In this document: positions 1-12,800 of the stretch, piece after piece | Numbering within the stretch: the first letter of the stretch is position 1 | Layout of the letters: the number at the start of each line of letters is the position of its first letter | From: Paraspadella gotoi | Lineage: Eukaryota; Animalia; Chaetognatha | Direction: 5' to 3' | Assembly: GCA_051294375.1 (NCBI GenBank) | Contig: CM119267.1 | Location: 22,631,486 to 22,695,485 of the forward strand | DNA: 64,000 nucleotides | Program-made: the position numbers and the translations under genes | The notes under the pieces: generated by a model | Seen by the model: the letters and a program-made list of their open reading frames with translations, nothing else | Database searches by the model: none | What the model was told of the DNA's origin: nothing

Positions 1-899
1 TATCAAAATGAAGCCATAATCTTAGGGCACATACAAATACAATTTTAGATATTTTTGCTGAAACCTTTACAGAGTGAGTGTCAAATTATAATTAATTTTA
101 AAACTAATGATACCCCATAAAAATAAATGAAAATTAAATTTTCTTTTAATGATTCTGAAAGAAAAAAGGCTAAATTGTAAACTAGTAAAAATTTAGTTTT
201 TGGATAAAGAAAATTTTTTTTTCAATTAAATATTTACTTGTCTGATTTTATAAGCATGCTTACAAAATTCTACAAAATATTTTTCGCCCCGTCACAGCCT
301 AAGTATTTACCTTTTTTTTCCACCAGCAAAAAGTAAACATTATTTTATGTTAGAGAACAGGGATGTTTACTGAAAGGAGCTGGATGACGTTCAACTCTTC
401 ACTTTGATGTTATTTTCAATAATAAATTGGCGAATTTTTTAATTATTTAGCTCTCACAGGCTTCAAAAGACATTACATTTTCATAATATCCCAATGTTAA
501 TGTAATTCATTATATTTTTTTATGAAGGAAAAAAAACTAGTGGAAAAAAAAATTAGAGTGGGTACATGCTCAATCAAAAAATGTTAAATTCTTAATTATA
601 CTTTCATATTTTTTTAAATTTTAAAATCAAATTAAAATAGCTGATAAAAACCTGTCTACACAAAAATAATTTTTTTAAAATGTTTTTATTTTAAGGAGGT
701 TAAAAATAAGAAAAACTACAAAATAATTATACTAATTATATTTCTTGTTAACATTTTATTTTCTATCAGAATCCATCAAAAAAAAATTTAAAATTAATTT
801 TTTTTTCTATATAGTAATATAATAATTTTAATTAGTAGTAACCCTCAGAAGAAAGCATTTTGACAAAAATATATTTTAACACTAAATAGCATTTAAATT

Positions 900-3800
900 T
901 CATCGGCTATGGGTAATACAAATTCAATATCTTTCATCTAACCCGGAATGGATGCGCACGAAAATTTCGACAAAAAGGAGAAAATACAGCAGACAAAGAA
1001 AGGTATAGTAAGTGGCGTCTGTATAATCAGTGGCCGTAAAGCGAACACCCTTCTTCCGACTGAAACCTAAGGAAATGACCTTAAAAAAATTGGGAAATAA
1101 CTGTCATTAAAGCAAATATTAATGTATTAATATCAAAATATTAATATTGCAAAAAGCCGATGAACGTTTCCTAAACTAACCAACATGTGGGTGGCGAGCC
1201 AAACCACGACTTTAATCATGGCGGTCAACGTAAGGAAGACGCCGATGCCAGTATGAGTCGGATCAAAGATTCTTCGTTCCGTCACGAAGCGACGATAGCA
1301 GCCGACATTTTTGTCAAATTCAGTCCCCGATCCTAATAGCATCCAAAGATTGCGCGATTTCCGGGCAGAAATTCTATTAGTTGGACGAAATACTTCATTT
1401 AAAATAGGGGTAGCCCCACTCAATGGGGTGAGTCAAAAATTTATAATAATTACATGCTCAAACGAAATTTTATACATTTAGCTCATAAAAAGTTGTCTAC
1501 ACAAAGTATAATTCTTTTTTAAATATTTTCATGATAAGTGAGTCAAAAATAAGAAAAACCGTAAAAATTCATCATCATCTTTCGATGATTTTATCATTTT
1601 TTTAATATTTTCACACACACTTTTTATGCTCTATCAGAATCCATCAAAAAATTTTAAGATTTCCAAAAAAAAAATTTTATAATGTAAAAAACTAATATTT
1701 AATGTATTAAACAAGACGTATAATGTAAATTTTTTTGGAAAATGATTGCTTAAATATTTAGTCAAGACAACTAAAAATACTTTGCTAATAGTCGAAATTT
1801 TATATTATCTCTGGAGTTGGTCCCTATTTAAACGACCTTTGGAATGTATTTGATTAAAAACAAAGATCGTGATTCCATAACGAATCGTTCAGCACACCTA
1901 ACTTGAATGCGAAGAAAATTAAAAATAGGCGCAGAACTTATTCCAAGACGCCATTGCAACAAGTTTAGCTGGTTCTTTGGTAGCAAAAGAAAAGTGCATT
2001 GTTGCCGTGCAATAAGGGTGCCTCGCCAAATATCAAGGGTTACAGGGTTCAAGTTTTTTGTGCCGAACCAAGAGCCCGGCCAAAAGATAAAATTTGCCAT
2101 GATGGGGGTGGACATTCTTCGATTCTCAAACTTCTGACTACTCCGAGGTGCGAGTCTGTCAGAAAATTAAAAGAAAAATCTAACATCAAGGCTTTATTTT
2201 TCCTTGCTCTAAATGGAACCAAAAAACTAAACTTTAAAATCATCTAAAATTTCCACCTACTTGAATTTTTTTAGGTTTGATATCATTAAACTTCCCTCCA
2301 CTAGTAGCACTACTTCGTCCACAAGGTCGAAATCCTTGTAAAGATTATCTCCTCTAGGAGTTATACGGATGTCCATACATTCTGCTAAAACTTTTAGATC
2401 AGCTCTATCTAAAAATTTTGCCAAATGAAATTTTTGAAACCATTCTTCAAACATATGATATTTTATTTCCATAAATAATGACTCGGGAATGTTCTCGCGC
2501 TCCTGCAAAATATGATTCAAGAACCATTTTAAAATCTAGTTGAAGTTTGTATACAAGTATAAATAAGTATATTCAAATAGGTTTTTTAATAAAAAACTTT
2601 CGATTATCTCCATTTTTTAAAATAATTAAATCAATTTACAATTGCAGTTACCGCGATGTTATTTCTTTTGTTGGCCAAAATTGTTTCTCCGTAATAAGTA
2701 ACACGTTGAGCCAAATTTTTTCGTAGATGATATGATTTCAAACAACTTTTCTGATTTTTTATTTGTTCAATTGCTGTCCATTCTTCAGGGTCAAACGATA
2801 TCCAAAGTCCAACAATTGTAGTAGAAGTATATAATCTTTAATTAAAAATGGTAAAAACCATCAACATACGATTTTTTTTAGTAAATTTTTTCAGTCATAA
2901 ACTAATTTTTTTGTTGGAATTGACATTTAATCTAAAAGAATTATTATAGATAACAGTAAAGATCTATAATTGCATTAAATATTTTTTAGTTAATAAAAAT
3001 ATTTTATATAAAATACGAATGCCAATAAAATGTTTGTTTAATGCTGTTCCTATTAAAAACCATGAATATTGCATAACTTTTAATTAGTTTTCAATTATGA
3101 TAGATGATGATAAATTTATATTACTTGTGAAGAACACTGAAGAAGTAAATAATACTGGATATAACGACATCATTTACAGATTTTTGACTGATTTCTCCCA
3201 ATCCCAAACCAGTAAACCACTGTAAAGACAAATAAATATAAGTAATATAATAAGAAAAAAAATCTACAAATTCTGTAGATATAAACAGGTGTGTTAATGC
3301 TTCTCCACTTTTTAAAATTGTAGGACCAATTCCAATATATCTGATAATGAACATAAAAAATATTTATTTGAGTTAAAGACAAATTAAAGCACTTTGGCCT
3401 ACCGTTTAGTTATACGATCCCATTGAATTTTATTCATTTCTGGCGATGTTGAAATTGTGGTTAAAAATCTAACGGGCAGATCTTTAACAAATTGTAGATG
3501 ATTCAGCCTCTTCTCCGGAAACATTAAAAACCAATCAGGGTTGGAACATTTCCAATACGTTTTCAATGCAACTGGTTTGCATTCCATGTGAAACAAAAGA
3601 ATTGCCAACAAATGGATATGCATGATAGCTCCGATTAATATAACAAAGAATATGATCTTATTTATTACAAATGGATTTCCCTTGCAAAGAAAATGAGCAC
3701 GTCGAAATACTTCAAAAATGCGGAAAAGTCTGAAAATTCAAAAAGTGAAATGACCGAGAGGAGAGAGGGTCGCTATGTCTCTCTGTGAGTGTGGATAGCC

Positions 3801-6800
3801 CCCATTTAGTGTGCCCAATGGGTATGGGATATTTTTCCGTCAGTTGCCTTGCTTTCCAGAACTTTGGTTCCGGCGATAGGATTAACCGGCCCGTCATTCT
3901 TTTTGCAAGAAGCCGTGACCATTGGGTTCGGAGATGAAGTTTAAGCCCAGTGCGTTATTACGGCGCTGATAGAAGGAACAGTCGTATCCTGAAAATACAG
4001 ATCTGCTCAAAAAAAAGTTTAAACTTTGAACCCCCTACTATCTTGCTTGTCCGTCGTCCTATTAATTAAAACTTGGGTTCATTTGAAAGCCAAGACAAAG
4101 ATCTTTCATTCGAGCCCATAAGGTTTTTAGGCTAAATATTATAGAAGCTGTGCTAAAATAAAATTATTATAAAATAGTAAATTTTAAAAATATTTTTTTA
4201 AAAACTTATATTAAAGATTCAGATTCTTTTATAAAAAGTTGAATCAAAATATAAAACATGTTATTAAAAATTCTGTTATCTTCAGCATTTAAAGCGGGAA
4301 AAAAAGTGAAAATTTTTGAATTTTTATTCTCTGAAGTAGAAATTTATATATGTTAAAACGTTTTAGTTATTTTTTGCGATCCAAACATAAAAATATCATA
4401 TAACATATTTTATAAAAGTTTTTTAGTTTTTTATAGCAAATCCATATCCATATCTGTTCTAAAAATTTTTTTTAAAAATATCTTTAAATTTAACAATTTT
4501 ATAAGTATATTACTACATAAATAATTAAATTTACTATACTGTTATGCTAAAAATATTTTTAAAAGGATTTAAAATTCATTAATTACATATCCATAGGTAG
4601 CAAAAAAATAATGTTCAATCACTCAATCTTTTCATCACTCCACCCTAATGTCCACAGAGAGCAAGGATGACGACCTAAAAAGTCTCGTAATTCAAGACCG
4701 TAAGGCTTCTGCAAACTAGTTGAGAAAAAAATAGAGAGAAGAAAAAGGAATTGTTACCAGTCATTTAACAATGAATAAGCGGTTTTTCATGGAGGATGGA
4801 GCTCCTGGATTCAAAGTCAAAGCCACTCAAAAATGTCATGAGGAAAACAGGATTGAGGTGCTCGAAGGTTGGCCCAGAAACTCTCCTTACTGCAACATAA
4901 TCCAAAATGTCTGGTCAAGGATAAAAAGGGAAATTTTGCAGTACAATGCCACGATAGTTGATAAAATCAAAAAAATTGTAAAACGCATTTGGCTGGAGCT
5001 GAACCCTTCATATTTGCGCAGCCCCTACGACTTTCTCCCTTGTCGCATGGAAGCGGTGCTGGAAGCAAATAGTGGTTCGACAATGTATTAATTAACTGAG
5101 TTCTAAAAAGTATTGTTTACCTTCAAATAACAAAAAAAAAGCTTTTATCATAACTATTAAACTTTTTTTGGACCAGATCTGTATCACTGTTTAAAAACCA
5201 TGGGCACTCTATTCTGAAAGTGCCCCATTCCTGTTCCCAAATCACTAACTTTAATCGCTAAAGTTCACACTTAGCCCAAGTTGATAGCCTAATCTTTAAA
5301 TTAATCCCTCACTTAATCTGTAACCTTCACCTTTAACCTAACTTTTAACCTAATTCTGTACTTTTTAAGATTTAGGAAAATAAATAAATAAATAAATTTT
5401 AAAATAGACTATTTAGAAATATTATGTCTTTCGATTTTTAAAACTTTTAAGCACTACCGCATTTAGATCATTCAATTCTGGCTCGGGGTCAACCTATCTC
5501 CCACTGATCGTAGCTGACTGTAAGAGAAAACTAGACTCTCGTTTTTAGTCGGATCTGCTTTCAGCAGATCCCGACTCTATAATTCACTTTGTCAGTCCAT
5601 CGGTCCGCCCCCTTAATCTTGTCAGAACATCAAATTATGAAAAATTATGCAAAAAAAATGATATCCGTCTGTCTGTCTGTCTTTCTGTCTGTCTGTCCAT
5701 CCGTCTGTCCCACCTTAGCAAAAAGCTTCAATAACTCGTGATTGGGTGGTTAGATTGGAATGAAATTTTGTGTGTGGGTAGGAAAGTGTGTGATGAAGTT
5801 TCTATGGAATCGTGCGAGTGGAAATGAGTTTAAATGGAAAAAATATAAGTCGCATTTACTAAAATCTTTTTACTTATTTTAACTAATAATTACTCTAATT
5901 AATCATAATTGGATGGATAAATTGAGTTGAAATTTTGTGTATGGGTAGGAAAGTGTGTAACGAAGCTTGATATAAATAGAGTAGAAATGAGTTTAAATGG
6001 AAAAAATATAAGTCGCATTTACTAAAATCTTTTTACTTATTTTAAACCCATAATTACTCGAATTAATCATAATTGAATTAATAGATTGAGATGAAATTTT
6101 GTGTGCGGGTAGGAAAGTGTGTGAAGAAGCTAGATATAAAGTTTTGATGGAATTGTGCCAGTGGAAATGAGTTTAAATGGAAAAAACATATGTCACATTT
6201 ACTTGAATCTTTATTATTTATGATTAATAATAAATGTTTTAATTCATTAATTAATTAATATGAAAAAATGATGCAAGTTGAAAAAATGAATGCAAGTTAA
6301 AAAAAAGATGCAAGTTAAAAAAATGATGCAAGTTAAAAAAATGATGCAAATTGTAAAAATTATGCAAATTAAAAAAATGATGCGAGTTGAAAAAATGATG
6401 CGAGTTGAAAAAATGATGCGAGTTAAAAAATGATGCGAGTTGAAAAAATGATGCGAGTTGAAAAATGATGCGAGTTGAAAAATGATGCGAGTTGAAAAAA
6501 TTATGCGAGTTTAAAAAATTATGGGAGTTAAAAAAATGATGCGAGTTAACAAAAATTTTAAAAAATATTGTGATTTAACATCTGATTAGCTGATTACCGC
6601 TTAATTATTGTAGGCAGATCCGACATTGTTTGCTCAAACTTGTTAATATTACTAACCGTGTGCACCTCACTGAAAAAATTATACTTAAAGATATATTGAA
6701 TGGATACAAAATAACTTCCCATGGGAATCGCGATAATATAACCCAAAACAAATGTTTTTTCCAATATTTAATTAATTCCGGAGGGTCCTTTTATAAAAAA

Positions 6801-9800
6801 AAATAAAATAAATTGAATAAGAAACACGTGCTATATACAAAAACTCACCTTAACAAACTTTCCACTAGGAGAATAAAAAGAAAGATGAGCTATTAGATAG
6901 GTATCACAAGCAATGTACCCATCTAACACAGCGTTAAGACACCACATCCAGGTTTGGTTGATCATTATACCTGATTGCAATGTAGCAAAATATGCAGAGA
7001 GGAAGTAGCCAATGAGACTCAAGGTTAAATAAATATCTATCCCTGGTTTGATAACATAAAAGGTATGCAAAAGAAATATTTTTTCTATCCATTTCCACCC
7101 TTTCGTCGAGGCACCATGAAATCCAGGCTTCAAGGTTTGCGTCCTTCTCACAATGCGATTTACTTTCCCTTTAAAAGCCTTGTGTGGCAACCTTGAGGCT
7201 TGAACCTCCTCGAGAGCATATTCGATGGCTGGAGCGATCCTTACAAAGGATTTTTGCCAACAGCTTAGAATTCTAGAATTTTCAGAAATAATTTTTTCCA
7301 ATCGATTGTGGTTGATGACCTTGGCTTCGACATTTGTCAAGCTAATGACAGTTGAGAGTTGAAGCACTTCACAGAGGGGCAATCTGGGAACTTGGCCTCC
7401 GGCATTAATAAACTCTGTCACGCCTGTAACGTCCACGACAGCACATTGTCCACGAATGATTTTGTAGACGCAACTCGTATAAGAGTCCGCACAAGATAAG
7501 AAAACTCCTGGTGGGAAATGAAGCGTCCTTGCTCCATAGGAAGCCCGACTTATCAGGATCTCCATTTCCAGCATTCCCATGGTCCAGTAAGAAAGGTCGA
7601 AACGCTCAGGAACTACGGACATCTTTTTGATCGCCTTGGGTGTTTTCTCCAAAAGTCGGGCTTCTTCGGGGAGATAGACACAGTTTGTCGTTACCTTAAT
7701 GTGTATCACGTAGTCGTACAGGACCTTCTTCAAAAGAGGTGAGACGTGATAAAAGTTAAGTGTCTTGATCATGGAATCGATTTGACTTGTAAGGCGGATA
7801 AATGAATGGGAATTTCGCGCAGTGTCCGCTGAGAGTCGTCCAGACAAGGTACAGGTCAAAAGAATGGCGAACTGATTGTAAAATTTTAATATAATTGTGG
7901 CTTACCTATTTATATTATTTCTTGCTATATTCAAAATTAATGAAACAAATTTGTGCAAAATAGAACAGAAATACTCTTAATCTTTCATTTTTTCAATTAA
8001 TCAATAGACAATTACAGTCCAGTGCAAAAAAGAGGACACTCTTCAAACTTAAGTTGCGCTCGTTTTACGAATACATTATAAAAAATTATGAATGATAAAT
8101 ATAGATTTTAAAATAGGAAATCCATATGTGAAAGTTTAAAGAAAATCGGTGCAGTCATTCAAGAGCTTTAGCTTCCGAAAGATAAGTGGTCAAAAACGTT
8201 CATCATTTTAGTGACTACAAAAAATCATATTTGAAGATCTGCCAAAAACCGAAAATACTTTTTAGCCTTAATTTATCGGCAAAATAAATAAATAAATAAA
8301 AAAATAATTTAGAGATGAAACGAAAAATTCGTTGTAATAGCAATTTTTAACACTAAGAGTCGAAACATGTACATTAATAAAAATAAAAAAATTGCTATTA
8401 CAACGAATTTTTCGTTTCATCTCTAAACTATTTTAAATAGCAAAAAAGAAAGTCAAAATACAATAAATAAATAAATAAATAAATAAATACTTTTGAAAGA
8501 GGAATCCATATGTGTAACTTAAAAGAAAATTGGTCCAGTCATTTCAGAGCAACAGCTACCACAATAGGTTAAAAATACCTTAATTTTCTTCTGCTCTGAT
8601 ATTCTGTTTGAGTACCTAGTAGTTTTAACCTAGTAGTTATTTTGAAAAAAATTTCTGCTTCGTAACGGATAGCCACGAATTAACCAAATTTACACCAATA
8701 GTTCCTTTTTCCATGAATATTATTCAGTTATAATATCTTTCATTTTAAAAGAATCTAACTTTTCATAATTTTTTTGGTGTCCTCTTTTTTTTTTTGCACA
8801 CGTAGAATTATAGACAAATGTATTTGAAATTACATTGGCTGATAAAAAAAATAGTCACATCACTATTATTATTATTTTTATAAAAATAAAGATTTATCAA
8901 AATTGATTGAAGGAAACAAACAAAGCTAAAAAAAGTTAATTTGTTGTACCTGGATCCCTATTAAACTCACATAATGAATACCATCGTCAATAATTTCAAA
9001 AGTTCGTTTACATAGACCTATTGTAAGCATACTGTCTATCATTTTGAAAAACTGAAATATATAAAATTCATAGTTGAATAGCGAAAGATATTCTTTGCAA
9101 AGTCGACGATTGCTATTAGTCATAGCCAGAGCAGTAGTCATATAATCCACATAGCTACAAAGATAATGATAATTTAAATAATTTATAAACTTAATGATGT
9201 AACAACAATCAAGAAAAGTTGTAAAACAAAGAAGTATCCAGCATTCATTATCAGCCGCGGTGGCTCCAGTATCCACGCGACTAAAAATATAAGTCAAGCT
9301 TCCGAGGTGAGAAAAAGAAACGATAAAGATAAAGAAAGAAAAGCTTAGTAGAACAAGTTCATGGTAGGACAGGTAACTGGGAAAAAAAGAAGCAATCTGG
9401 AAGCGATACGAAAAGACTTGATGAAATTCGTAATTCTTTTACTGTATATTATTTTTATAACATTTATTAGTTTGAAAACTACTTGACGTTTATGTCGACC
9501 TAAAAAATGTTAATAAAAATTTATTAAAAAAATGTTATAAAAATAGAAGTTTTTAGAGATACAAAGTCAGTTTGGTGGTTTGTTATAATAAAAAAATTAT
9601 TATGTAAAACCTAACTTATTTACAATGGTAACTATTATTTATCAACAATAATTTTTTTTCCCCAAGCTGACATTTTTATTTTTAATAGATTATAAATGGA
9701 AAACGTGATGATTATTATTAGGAGTAGCCGCACTCAATGGGGTGATTCAAAAATTTATCATGAGTAGATGCTCAAACAAAAATTATACAATTTTAAGTAT

Positions 9801-12800
9801 ACTTTCAACGGACTATATTTTTTTATATGGCTCTATATCCTAGTAATTAATTTTTTAATATTTATTTATAAATAGGAAAGGCCAATTTTTGTTTTTTTAC
9901 AGGTGGGTTAAGCGCCCCGTCCCTCTTAACTGCTAAGCGACCACGGGGCTGGAACCCCGGACCTGGCGGAGGCTTAATTCTTTCTCTCTTGAGTCACCCA
10001 GCAAGTCAGAATTTTATTGTTGTAAAAGTAGCGTCGGGAAAAATGACCCTAATCCTTACCCGGCATTCCTGGAGATCAATGCCCTCTGGAGGCCTATGGG
10101 TAAACGAAGAGCAAGGTTTTTTCTTAAAGAATTAACGGAATAAAGAAGAACGAAATGGAACGGAGAGGATAACGTTTCGGGGAAAAAAATAAAGGAATTC
10201 AGATATCATAATTTTTTCTTTAATATTTTTATTTTTTACAATAAATATGGTTAAGAATAAATTAAGAATAAGTGTAAGTTAACTAGAAAAATAAGTTAAG
10301 GTAAAAATAAGTTAGGGGTAAGTTAGGGTTAGGGGTAAGTTAGGGTTAGGGGTAAGTTAGGGTTAGGGGTAAGTTAAGGGTAGAGGTAAGTTAGGGGTAG
10401 AGGTAAGTTTGGGTTAGGGGTAAGTTAGGGGTAAATTAGAGTTAAATTTAAAATTAAGTTTCGGCTTAAGCATAGGCCGGAACAGGTTGAAAACTAGAAG
10501 TTCTCTCAAATAAATAATGGTAAAGTGACTGTTAGAGAATATGAAAATAAAAATAATTTGAAAAAATTATTTCATTAATAAGCGCACGGAAGCCTTTAAG
10601 AAAAAGGGTCATTCAATTCAACTTCAAAATAGGCCAAAATGGAGTACAAATTCAGAAGGCTGAGCTCCTGCCATTCCGAAAATGTATTCACTTTAAACAT
10701 TTGATGCATTCTACGCCATTTTATATCGGTTTTAATTATAATATAAAATAAAAGAAACCTATCTGAAGAGTTGCAGGTCAAACGAAAAAGCCAATCCATC
10801 TGATATTTTTTATGAATTTTTTATTAGTGAATTCGAAAAATGTAATAGAGAGACATTTTTAAATTTCAACTTGTATCATTGAAAATGAAACATTTTTAAA
10901 CTTTAACCCTGAATTCTTCATAACTGGAACGCGTTTATCAAAATGTCTCTCTATTACATTTTTATAAATGTTTTTTAAGATTGCTAATCAAATTTTTAAA
11001 TCAATATTATTGCAGTCGTTTAGGCTGCAACTCTTCAATTCAGTATAGATTCACTGTAGTCAAAATTTCTTTACCATCATTTAACTGAAGATTTGTGTTC
11101 ATGACTGGAAAACCAACAGAGTAACAAGATTAATTGTTTAATTCCCCCTTCTAAATTATCCCTTACCGTGTTTTAACTTCTTACTTAGAATTTTTTAACA
11201 ATCAGATTGAAAAACTAATCTTTAAAAAATGTGCTACCCATTTAACTTAACAATTTTGTTATTTACCGATTTAAAAAAATGATTGAAAACAGAATGTTTA
11301 CATATAAATAAAAACTTCTTTTTTTTGTGATTACTGATGACTATAATGTATTTCTCGATGTATTAGCTCTAATACATCAAAGATTACGCATTGTTATGCT
11401 GAATGACCTTTCCTCTTAAAGATTATTTTATTACTATATAAAGTTAAAAATTTTTTTTGAATTTTTCAATTTTTTTTGATAGATTCTGATAGAGCTTTAA
11501 AAGTTAGATAAAGGTTATTAATACAAATTTTTAAAATTTTTTTGTTTTATTGATTGTATTTTTTCTCTCTTTTCGTTGTCTAAGTGAATATTAGGAATTG
11601 TTTATTGTTTGCCAATACAACAATTTTTATTGTCATAGAACATGTTTCGACTCTGTTGATTCGAGTCTCATCAGAGTCGAAACATGTTCTATGACAATAA
11701 AAATCGTTGTATTGGGCAAACAATAAACAATTCCTAATATGTTTTATTGATAAAAATTTTAAAAAACCATAAAATTCAGCAATGATGATGATGATGATGA
11801 TTTTTTAACGTTTTTTTTGTTTTTAAAAACGCAATTTCTTGTCAAAATTTAAAAAAAATGTAGTACTAAATTTCATTTAACTTTTCAAGCTCTATAGGAA
11901 TCCGTTCTTANNNNNNNNNNNNNNNNNNNNNNNNNNNNNNNNNNNNNNNNNNNNNNNNNNNNNNNNNNNNNNNNNNNNNNNNNNNNNNNNNNNNNNNNNN
12001 NNNNNNNNNNNNNNNNNNNNNNNNNNNNNNNNNNNNNNNNNNNNNNNNNNNNNNNNNNNNNNNNNNNNNNNNNNNNNNNNNNNNNNNNNNNNNNNNNNNN
12101 NNNNNNNNNNNNNNNNNNNNNNNNNNTAATTTAACTTTTCAAAAAATAATATTTAAATATTAATAACTTTATAAAAAATATAATGATAATATATATAAAG
12201 TAGCAGAGTTTTTATGATTACAATGATCATTTAATAATTCGGAGAGAGAGAGAAAGATATCAAGGTTAAAATTGCCTATCTCTCTATCTCTCAAAGTTAG
12301 TATCCAAATACTTATTAAAACTGTTAAAACTGGCTGATGAAGGTTCAAAAAACAATAACCAAAACATATCCGAATTATTAAATGATCGTGGTTATCACAA
12401 ATAAAAACTTTTATTTTGTAAATATCTATCAAAGGCAATGAAAAAAAGAAATATTATAATTACTAATATTTAAAAAACATTTTTTAAAAAATTAAAAAGA
12501 AATCCTTAGCTCGTGAAGCTTAAAAACATCTTTTAATATCATTGTTGTTATGGTCTTAAATTTTCTTTTCTGTAAAGAAACGAACTGAAGAGACAGTAAT
12601 TATTGATAAGTGTTAATGACAGAACCGTTCAATATAAGCAGTCCCTGAGCTTCGGATCAGGCCTGTAACACCATATTACAGGCGGGTTAAGCGCCCCGTC
12701 CCTCTTAACTGCCAGACGACCACCAGGCTAGAACCCGGACCTTTGGGTTGGGAGGCGAATGTCTTGCCTCCGGCACCAATGTCGCTGATGAACGGTTGGT

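Noticed and set aside
3940-3998. Hammerhead-like ctgataga-agga..tcct-gaaa
   Set aside because: Extra core nucleotide and no compatible stems I and III.
6262-6548. CRISPR-like array (also considered for 25056-26800)
   Set aside because: No unique spacers, no cas genes, eukaryotic context; these are simple satellites.
10305-10445. True telomere
   Set aside because: Interstitial, degenerate and intronic.
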